From assembly GCA_046292385.1 (NCBI GenBank), contig JBKBRF010000029.1, positions 30,089-94,088 on the forward strand: DNA of 64,000 bases, written 5' to 3'. This document shows, piece by piece, positions 56,760 to 64,000 of the stretch. The position numbers and the translations under genes are program-made. The notes beneath the pieces are model-generated. The model saw nothing but the letters and a program-made list of their open reading frames with translations, made no database searches and was not told the origin of the DNA. The stretch comes from Armatimonadota bacterium. Lineage in GTDB: Bacteria > Armatimonadota > SYMT01. Every line of letters starts with the position of its first letter. Position 1 is the first letter of the stretch.

Positions 56760-57248
56760 GTGGCGAACCCATCCGACTGGCGCGCGCGCTTCCGAGAGCT
56801 GTTGCCGGCCCTCGGCCACCGCAACTGGATCCTGATCGCCGACTCCGCCTACCCGGCGCAGGTAGGTGCCGTGGAAGTGCTCCCCACCGGCGAGGAGCAC
56901 GAGGCGCTGGTGCGGGAGGTAGTGCGGGAAGTGAGTGGGGCGCCCCACCTGCGGCCCGTCGTGTGGTACGACGCGGAGCTCGACACCCTTCCGGAGGAGC
57001 TCGCCCCGGGCCGCGACTCCGCCCACGCCCTCATTACCCGCGACCTCGCCCACCTCTCCCCCAGCCCGGTGCTCCACGCGGAGCTGATCGAGCGGCTCGG
57101 CAAGGCGGCGCAATCGTTCACGGTCCTCATCCTCAAGAGCACCGGCACCGTGCCGTACAGCAGCGTCTTCCTGGAGCTCGACTGCGGCTACTGGGGCCCC
57201 GAAGCAGAGGCCGAGCTCCGCCGCCGCATGGATGCGGAAGAGAAGTAA
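56760..57248 (+). CDS. RbsD/FucU-like protein
   Basis: LGHRNWILIADSAYP, HAELI, KSTGTVPYSSVFL. Confidence 0.72.
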   Translation: MANPSDWRARFRELLPALGHRNWILIADSAYPAQVGAVEVLPTGEEHEALVREVVREVSGAPHLRPVVWYDAELDTLPEELAPGRDSAHALITRDLAHLSPSPVLHAELIERLGKAAQSFTVLILKSTGTVPYSSVFLELDCGYWGPEAEAELRRRMDAEEK

Positions 57249-57493
57249 GTCGCCGACAGACGCTGACGCGGCAGCGCCATCGTAAACTCCTCCGTTCAAT
57301 GGGACGCCCAAGCGGTCTGGCTTCAGGAGTGGCAGCCGGACACGTATTGCACCACCGCCGCGCGGAGGCGACGGTGCCCCACCTCGGAGCCCTACCAAGC
57401 GGTGGCGAGTGTCACTCGCTTTCAGGCGGGTGCACCGGTTCGCAGCATCGGTTCTGCCGGTGAGGACGAGCGGCCCTGCCATTCTCCATCCCA

Positions 57494-57649
57494 GTCATCC
57501 TGAAGGAAGTGAAGGATCTCGGCAGCCGTATGGGTCCCGGAGTACGCAGGCGGGTGACGCGGACTCTGCGGCCGGTGCTCTCCGCGCGCGAGGCCTCCCG
57601 CTCCGGCGCAAAATAGGCGAAGTAGAGCCTTCACTCCGTTCAGGGTGCC
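57494..57649. repeat. Third copy of the GTCATCCTGA...TCAGG REP/MITE-like element
   Basis: GTCATCCTGAAGGAAGTGAAGGATCTCGGCAGCCG...CCGGAGTACGCA...CCTTCACTCCGTTCAGGGTGCC; shares ends and 5' interior with 7011-7394. Confidence 0.8.
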
Positions 57650-57909
57650 GGGGGTGAGAGATCGGGAGCAGCCGAGGGTTTCCCGCCTCTTCCAGAGCGC
57701 CGGACGGCGGCAAATCTCGCCTGCGCCGCCAGCGGCGTAACGTCACAGTCCACCGTTACGCGGTTGAACGTACCGCCGTAGCCGGTACGAATCTAAGCAG
57801 TTGCTAACGAGCGCCACGATTCCGGTTTGCGAATCCACCCGGAGGGTATCAAGTAGCTACCCGCGAATGCTGCCCGCCTTGCTATGGCAGTTGCGGCCGG
57901 AGGCGTGAG

Positions 57910-57996
57910 ATGGCTGAGCTGGCAAATACCATCGCAGTGGGCGCCATTGGTCTGGCCGCGGTCTGGATGCTCGCCCGCGTGTCGCTCGACGCGTAA
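57910..57996 (+). CDS. Putative 28-aa single-TM small protein
   Basis: GGAGG at 57899-57903; MAELANTIAVGAIGLAAVWMLARVSLDA*; below the ORF-track cut-off. Confidence 0.55.
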   Translation: MAELANTIAVGAIGLAAVWMLARVSLDA

Positions 57997-57997
57997 G

Positions 57998-59266
57998 CTA
58001 CGCCGCCCGACCGGCTTCCTGTGACGTTGAGGCCGCCCGCGCGGCGGCCTCTCCCGCTACGTACCCGGTGGAGAACGCCGCCTGCAGGTTGTAGCCGCCG
58101 ACCGGTCCCGCGATGTCGAGCACCTCTCCGGCCAGGTAGAGCCCCGCGCGAACGCGACTCGCCATCGTGGTGGGATCGACCTCGTCCAGGGAGACACCGC
58201 CGGCGGTCACCTCGCCTCGCTCCAGCGGGATCGCGCGGATGCGGCCCAGGTCCCAGCGCTTGAGCGTGTCGACCAGCCGGTTCCGGTTCTTGCGCGGGAG
58301 CTGGTGAAGCGGCGTGCTCGGCTCGAGGCCGGCGCGCTCCAGCGCTTCCGGCGCGAGCCGGTCCGGCAGCCACTCCTCCACCAGGGCGCGGACCGTCCGC
58401 CGCCGTCCCTCCCCATGCGCCGCGGCGAAGCGGGCCGCCAGCGCTTCCTGCGGCACGTCCGGCAGGAGGTCGACGTCGAGCGTCACGTCACCCCGCTCCA
58501 TTCCGACGGCGGCGGCGCGGCTCACTCCCAGCACGGTGGGACCGGAGATGCCCTGATGGGTGAAGAGCAGGTCGCCGCGCCACCGCGCCAGCTCCTTGCC
58601 GTTCTGGCGCACGCGCAGCACGCAGTCGCGCAGCGCCACGCCGCTGTATTCCGGCCGCTTGCCGTCGTCCAGGTAGATCGGCGCCAGCGCGGCCCGCAGC
58701 GGGGCGAGCTGGTGGCCGACCTCCCGCATCCAGCGGAAGCCGTCGCCGGTGGTGCCGGTCTTCGGGTAGGTGTTGCCGCCCACGGCGACGATCACCGCGC
58801 CGGCCCGCCACTCCCTCCCGCCGCCGGCCGCGCCGGCGACCCGTCCTTCGTCCAGGAGCAGGCGCTCCACGGGGCTGCGAAACTCGATCTGCGCGCCGGC
58901 CCGGCGGACGTGGTGCTCCAGCGCGTCGACCACGTCGTCGGCCCGGCCGCTGTCCGGGAAGACGCGGCCGTCCGAGCGGGTGTGGACCGTCACCCCGCGC
59001 TCCCGCAGGAGGCGGAGGACGTCGGCGTTGGTGAAGCGGCGGAACGGCTCCCGGAGGAAGCGCGCCTCTTCGGGCGCGAAGGCGCGCCGCAGCGGCTCCA
59101 TCTCCCCGCCGTGAGTGATGTTGCACTTGCCGCCGCCGGAGATGTGGATCTTCAGGCCGAGGCGGTCGTTCTTCTCCAGCAGGCGCGTCCGCGTTCCCAG
59201 CGACGCGGCCCGCCAGGCCGCCATCATTCCCGCGGCACCGCCGCCGATTACCAGTACGTCATCCAT
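57998..59266 (-). CDS. HI0933/YhiN-family flavoprotein
   Basis: IGGGAAGMMAA, ISGGGKCNIT, GRVFP, YPKTGTTGDG, LLFTHQGISGP, GGYNLQAA. Confidence 0.93.
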   Translation of the reverse strand: MDDVLVIGGGAAGMMAAWRAASLGTRTRLLEKNDRLGLKIHISGGGKCNITHGGEMEPLRRAFAPEEARFLREPFRRFTNADVLRLLRERGVTVHTRSDGRVFPDSGRADDVVDALEHHVRRAGAQIEFRSPVERLLLDEGRVAGAAGGGREWRAGAVIVAVGGNTYPKTGTTGDGFRWMREVGHQLAPLRAALAPIYLDDGKRPEYSGVALRDCVLRVRQNGKELARWRGDLLFTHQGISGPTVLGVSRAAAVGMERGDVTLDVDLLPDVPQEALAARFAAAHGEGRRRTVRALVEEWLPDRLAPEALERAGLEPSTPLHQLPRKNRNRLVDTLKRWDLGRIRAIPLERGEVTAGGVSLDEVDPTTMASRVRAGLYLAGEVLDIAGPVGGYNLQAAFSTGYVAGEAAARAASTSQEAGRAA

Positions 59267-59320
59267 GCCGTTGGACTGTATCCGCGCTGCCACCGCGCCG
59301 TCAATCACCGGAGGCGCGGA

Positions 59321-60313
59321 TCACGCCGCCCGCTTGCCACCGGAGGTTTCCTGCACGCCGTCCCGGCTCTCGGACGCTTCCCTCAACGTGCCGCCGATCG
59401 TCCGCGCGGCGGGGACTTCTCCCCGCCCGGCGGGCCAGCCCTCGCGCTGCTCCCGACGGTTGCCGTCGGTCTCTTCCGTCTGATCGTGGAAGAGGATCTG
59501 CTGCGTCGGGAACGGAAGGTCGATCCCGTTCTCGGCCAACGTCTGCTTGATCGCGCGCAGCACCCGGTCCCGTGTATCGAGCGCGTCGGCCCGACGCGGC
59601 GGACGGATCCACCAGCGCACGCGGACGTTGACGGTGCTGCCGGCGAGCTCGTAGATGAGTGCGTCCGGGGCTGGATCGGCCAGCACGCCCTCGACCGAAC
59701 GAACCGCATCCAGTATCAGGTCGCAGGCCTGCTTGGCGTCGTCCCCGTAGCCGATCCCGACGTCGTACTCCAGCCGACGGGCATCGAACGCGGTGTTTAC
59801 GGTCACCGAGTTGGTGAAGAGCTCCGCGTTCGGGATCACCACGCGGCGCCCATCATAGGTCCGGATCGTCGTCGCCCGCGTCTGGATTTGCTCCACGGTG
59901 CCCTCATAGCTTCCGAAGACGATCTGGTCATCGATCCGGAACGGCTCCGTCAGCAGGATCAGGATGCCGGCCAGGAAGTTCTGAAAGATGTCCTTGAACG
60001 CGAACCCGATCGCGATACCGGTGATCCCGAGCGCGCTGATCAGGTTGGCTGGCGTGAACGTGGGGAACACGACCGTAACCGCGACGAGCAGTCCGAGTAG
60101 CACCACGCCCCACTGCGCCAGTCTGCCCAGCACGATCCCGACGTTCCGGTGCTGCCGGCGCTGCTCCGTAACTCGCCGCACCACACCCTGGATCGCGCGC
60201 CCGGCCAGCAGAAAGAGTAGGAAGACGATGAGCCCGAGGCCGAGGCTCGGGAGCAGGGCCACGAAACCCTGCAGCATCTGCTGAACGCGCTCGTACGCCA
60301 CTCCGAAATCCAT
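59321..60313 (-). CDS. Small-conductance mechanosensitive channel (MscS family)
   Basis: GIAIGFAFKDIFQNFLAG, PFRIDD, VVIPN, GIDLPFP. Confidence 0.92.
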   Translation of the reverse strand: MDFGVAYERVQQMLQGFVALLPSLGLGLIVFLLFLLAGRAIQGVVRRVTEQRRQHRNVGIVLGRLAQWGVVLLGLLVAVTVVFPTFTPANLISALGITGIAIGFAFKDIFQNFLAGILILLTEPFRIDDQIVFGSYEGTVEQIQTRATTIRTYDGRRVVIPNAELFTNSVTVNTAFDARRLEYDVGIGYGDDAKQACDLILDAVRSVEGVLADPAPDALIYELAGSTVNVRVRWWIRPPRRADALDTRDRVLRAIKQTLAENGIDLPFPTQQILFHDQTEETDGNRREQREGWPAGRGEVPAARTIGGTLREASESRDGVQETSGGKRAA

Positions 60314-60423
60314 CAGCACCTCCGGTACCCTGTTCCCGGACACGGATGATCTCACGCTCTGGCAGGAGATGAGTCGGGCTTGGGGTGCCGGCCGGAACCG
60401 CTTCGGAGAGCATCCGCGGTGAT

Positions 60424-60453
60424 TTGACTGACTGTTGAGTCCCCGCCTATAAT
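60424..60453 (+). promoter_or_regulatory. Sigma70-type promoter for rimO
   Basis: TTGACT-18 nt-TATAAT. Confidence 0.7.
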
Positions 60454-60510
60454 GGTGCCGTTTCGGGCCGGAACAGATCGGTTCCGGCCTTCTCGTTTTG
60501 TCGGTCCTGA

Positions 60511-61890
60511 ATGCCTGAAAAGATCGCGCTCGTCAACCTGGGCTGCCCCAAGAACCTCGTCGATGCCGAGGTGATGCTCGGCCACCTGAAGGCCCGGGGG
60601 TATGAGCTGACCACCGACGCCGACAGCGCGGACGTGGTGGTGGTCAACACCTGCGGCTTCTTGAAGGATGCCTCGCAGGAGTCGGTCGACGCCATTCTGG
60701 AGGCGGCGGAGCGCAAGAAGGACGGGCGCCTGCGCGCGGTGGTGGCGGCCGGGTGCATGACCCAGCGCTACGGCGACGGCATTGCGGAGGCGATGCCGGA
60801 GGTCGACGGCTTCCTCGGCGTCGGGCAGGCGCATCACCTGCCGGACCTGGTGGAGCGAGTGCTCCGCGGCGAGCGCGCCTCCGTGCTCCGCGGGCCGAGT
60901 GCCGGCTTCGAGGGATACGGCCTGCGCCTCCAGGCCACGCCTTCTTACACCACCTACCTCAAAGTCTCGGAAGGCTGCGACCGCCACTGCGCGTTCTGCG
61001 TGATCCCCCAGTTCCGCGGCAAGATGCAAAGCCGCTCCGTCGACGAGATCGTCGGCGAGGCCCGCGCGCTCGCCGCCCGCGGCACGCGGGAGCTGGTGTT
61101 GATCGGGCAGGACCCCACCCGCTACGGCGCGGACGACGGCGGTCACCGCATGCCGGAGTTGCTGGAGCGCCTGCACGAGATCGAGGAGCTGCGGTGGATC
61201 CGCGTGCTCTACCTCTTCCCGGACCGGCACGTGCAGCCGATCCTGCAGGCGGTGGCGGCGCTCCCCAAGGTCTGCAAGTACGTCGACATGCCGTTCCAGC
61301 ACGTCTCCCCCACCGTGCTGCGCCGGATGAACCGGCCGGGCGGAGCGCAGGAGTACCTTCGGCTGCTGGAGAACCTACGGGAAGCTTGCCCGGATGTCTC
61401 CGTTCGCTCCACCTTCATTGTGGGCTTCCCTGGAGAGACCGCGGCGGACTTCCGTGAGCTGAAGGCGTTCGTCCGCAGCGCGGAGCTCGACTGGATCGGG
61501 GCGTTCCGCTACTCCCCGGAGGAGGGCTCTCCCGCGGCGGCGATGGCCGGGCAGGTGGACCGGCGCACCAGCCGGAGACGTTATGAGCGCCTGATGGCGC
61601 TGCAGCAGGAGATCGGCGGACGGCGCCAGCAGCGCTGGCTCCATCGGGACGTGGACGTGCTGGTGGAGCAGGTAGAGGGCGCGCGGGCCGCGGGTCGAAC
61701 GCAGGGACAGGCGCCGGAGATTGACGGGGAGACCCACCTCGATCTCTCGGATCTGCCGGATGTGCGCCCGGGAGACTTCGTCCGGGCAGTGGTAACGGAG
61801 GCGGGTCCGTACGACCTGCACGCGCGTGCCGTAGAGCGCCTGCACCGGTCCCCCCGGCCCCACCCCGGCTTGATACAGATCGCCCTCTAG
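60511..61890 (+). CDS. rimO: Ribosomal protein S12 methylthiotransferase
   Basis: LGCPKNLVDAE, NTCGF, CDRHCAFC radical SAM motif, IVGFPGET, APEIDG, TRAM domain. Confidence 0.96.
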   Translation: MPEKIALVNLGCPKNLVDAEVMLGHLKARGYELTTDADSADVVVVNTCGFLKDASQESVDAILEAAERKKDGRLRAVVAAGCMTQRYGDGIAEAMPEVDGFLGVGQAHHLPDLVERVLRGERASVLRGPSAGFEGYGLRLQATPSYTTYLKVSEGCDRHCAFCVIPQFRGKMQSRSVDEIVGEARALAARGTRELVLIGQDPTRYGADDGGHRMPELLERLHEIEELRWIRVLYLFPDRHVQPILQAVAALPKVCKYVDMPFQHVSPTVLRRMNRPGGAQEYLRLLENLREACPDVSVRSTFIVGFPGETAADFRELKAFVRSAELDWIGAFRYSPEEGSPAAAMAGQVDRRTSRRRYERLMALQQEIGGRRQQRWLHRDVDVLVEQVEGARAAGRTQGQAPEIDGETHLDLSDLPDVRPGDFVRAVVTEAGPYDLHARAVERLHRSPRPHPGLIQIAL

Positions 61891-61923
61891 GGCGAGCGTG
61901 GCTGGAGGCTACGTTAAAGAACA

Positions 61924-63861
61924 ATGACGGTGTTAGCGACTGCTCACCCTGAACTGAGTCCGGAAGAGCGCCGGCGTAGCCGCGCCCTGGATATTCTCAA
62001 GACGCACGCGCTGGAAACGATCCTCGAATCGGACGAGCCCCTCCGCACCGTGGACCTCGCGCGGATGGTGGCGGATCGCCTCCAGCTGGATCTCAACGAA
62101 GAGGAGCTCGGCGGGCTCGCCGCAGTCGTCCGGCTGGTGCTGGACAGCGACCCGATGTTCTCCCAGGCGAACCGCCAGTGGGATCTCGCGCTGCGCATGG
62201 GCCGCGCCGAAGGCGACCGCCGCAAGCCGGTGGAGCGCGCGGTGGAGGACTTCATCGATCTTCTCGGCCATCCGGCGCTGCCGCAGCCGGTCTCCGTGCT
62301 CGTCGCCGCCGTCTACGGACGCACGCCGGACTACTACGAGCGGATGATCGAGCGGATTGCCGGCAAGCAGGAGTTCGTCCGGCTGGGCCAGGAGCTGGCG
62401 ATCAGCCGGTGGAACATCGAGATCACTTCCGATGAGCCGGAGGACGTGGAAGAGGACAACTTCTCCGACACGAGCCTGCTCGACGCCGCGCGCTCTCTGG
62501 CCGACGGTGTCTCCGCCGGCTCGGCGGCCGACTACGCCGCCGCCCTCGTGAAGAAGGCCGGCGAGCCGCTCGACAACCGCGTGCTGCAGTATCTCGCCTG
62601 GCGCGAGTTCCCGGACCTGGAGCCGGCGGAGCTCTTCGCGGAGCTGTACGGCCGCTCCGACGTGGTGCTGGAGCGCGGCCCGGCGTGGACCACTCGCGAC
62701 GATCACCAGGCCGTGATCCGCTCGATCACCAGCCTGACCGGCGATCCGGAAGCCACCGCGGACCTGGTGGCAACCACCGCCGAGGACCTGACGGAAGAGA
62801 CGACCGGCATTCTCGCCGCCACGACCGTCCGCGTCTCCGACGACGACCTGAACCAGGTGGAAGAGCACCTGCAGGAGGCGGTCGACCGCACCTTCACGGT
62901 GACCGAGCTCTGCCAGCAGGTGCTGGAGGCGTTCCCCGGCAGCCGCACCTACGCCGGCGTCCACGAGTCGCTCCTCAACCGCATGCGGGAAGATGGGCGG
63001 TTCCTGTGGGTCGGCTGGGAGCGGTTCCGCCTCGCCGGCTCGGTACCGCCGGAGTTCCAGGCGCTGCCGGAAGGGCTGGCGTTCGACGACCGGGAGTACC
63101 TGGACGAGAACGGCGAGCCGGCGGACCGCATCCTCCCCGCGGACGAGTGGAAGGGCGGGCTGGACGAGCAGGTGCAGCACTACCTGGTGCAGGACGTGGG
63201 CGACGACGTCACCGCCCCCGGGACCCCGGACCGGCTGGTCTCCAGCCCTCCGCTGCACCACTACGTGGCCGGCACTCGCTACCTGCGCAACTCGGACCGC
63301 GGCTTCTTCCCCAACCAGCCGGACCTGGTGCTGGCGACGCTGCGCACGGGCGAGTCCCGCTTCGACGTGTGGGTGAACAACCGCTTGGGGCTGATCTTCG
63401 GCCTGAAGGAGTGGTACGACGCCAACCTGCCGTGGGTCGGCGGCTCCTTCGTGATCGTCCCGTCGGAGCAGTCCGGCGAGTACGAGCTGAGCTACAACGG
63501 CGAGACCGAGCCGCTGATGGACATCCCGCTGGAGCGGCTCCAGCAGCTCCTCGCGCTCCGCGCCGAGGCGCAGTCCGAAAACCTGCCCTGGACGGAGCTG
63601 GTGACTCGCCTGCTGAAGGACCATCCGGAAGGCGTGCACTTCGTAACGCTCTTCACCGAGCTGAACGTGGTGCGCCGCGCCCGCCGGGGCCTGCTCGCCG
63701 GCATCCTCAGCTCGCAGCGCTTCTTCTCCACCACCGGAGAAGGTCTCTGGATCTACGACGAGAAGCGGGCCCAGAAGACCAAGGGCAAGAAGAAGGCCGG
63801 ACCTCGCCGCCCCGCGCGCGAGATGTACGATGAGGAAGAGGACGAGTTCGAGTACGAATAA
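61924..63861 (+). CDS. Acidic 645-aa protein of unknown function with several winged-helix (HARE-HTH-like) units
   Basis: Typical codon usage; recurring L..D..F...W/F.L motifs; Lys-rich then acidic C-terminus. Confidence 0.8.
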   Translation: MTVLATAHPELSPEERRRSRALDILKTHALETILESDEPLRTVDLARMVADRLQLDLNEEELGGLAAVVRLVLDSDPMFSQANRQWDLALRMGRAEGDRRKPVERAVEDFIDLLGHPALPQPVSVLVAAVYGRTPDYYERMIERIAGKQEFVRLGQELAISRWNIEITSDEPEDVEEDNFSDTSLLDAARSLADGVSAGSAADYAAALVKKAGEPLDNRVLQYLAWREFPDLEPAELFAELYGRSDVVLERGPAWTTRDDHQAVIRSITSLTGDPEATADLVATTAEDLTEETTGILAATTVRVSDDDLNQVEEHLQEAVDRTFTVTELCQQVLEAFPGSRTYAGVHESLLNRMREDGRFLWVGWERFRLAGSVPPEFQALPEGLAFDDREYLDENGEPADRILPADEWKGGLDEQVQHYLVQDVGDDVTAPGTPDRLVSSPPLHHYVAGTRYLRNSDRGFFPNQPDLVLATLRTGESRFDVWVNNRLGLIFGLKEWYDANLPWVGGSFVIVPSEQSGEYELSYNGETEPLMDIPLERLQQLLALRAEAQSENLPWTELVTRLLKDHPEGVHFVTLFTELNVVRRARRGLLAGILSSQRFFSTTGEGLWIYDEKRAQKTKGKKKAGPRRPAREMYDEEEDEFEYE

Positions 63862-63924
63862 GTCCCTGTGCTGCGTATCGCGTATTGCGTAGCGGAGGGC
63901 TCTCGCCGCTTCACACTGCGTCGT

Positions 63925-64000
<76 letters not shown>

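Overview
A 64-kb, high-GC, densely coding bacterial chromosome segment. The gene mix (three DUF1501 genes, a DUF1549/DUF1553 planctomycete-type cytochrome gene, Uma2, Ycf46-type AAA) suggests Armatimonadota or a Planctomycete-like lineage; this is inference only. Housekeeping genes (folP-guaA-hpt-rho, pyrD, udk, rimO, sixA) alternate with ABC transporters, an ECF sigma/VIT-vWA pair, an Rrf2 regulator with two DUF3365 c-type heme proteins, a catabolic cluster (GGT, nucleoside hydrolase, oxidoreductase, hydrolase, sugar ABC), a ParE-type toxin-antitoxin pair and a GGDEF/HD-GYP protein. I saw no rRNA, tRNA, CRISPR array, integrase or transposase. The main unexplained signals are: (1) a ~310-nt intergenic candidate RNA (5030-5342) with a GGA-dense block and five ACAACNGAANA repeats in a stem framework; (2) a 645-aa protein after rimO that looks like tandem RNA-polymerase-delta (HARE-HTH)-like units with a Lys-then-acidic tail; (3) several families of 7/8-mer tandem arrays, often as inverted pairs, plus nested REP/MITE-like elements; (4) an unannotated 28-aa membrane peptide. 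The final ~75 nt are poly-G, probably a sequencing artefact. All family calls come from motif recognition by eye; no searches were run.
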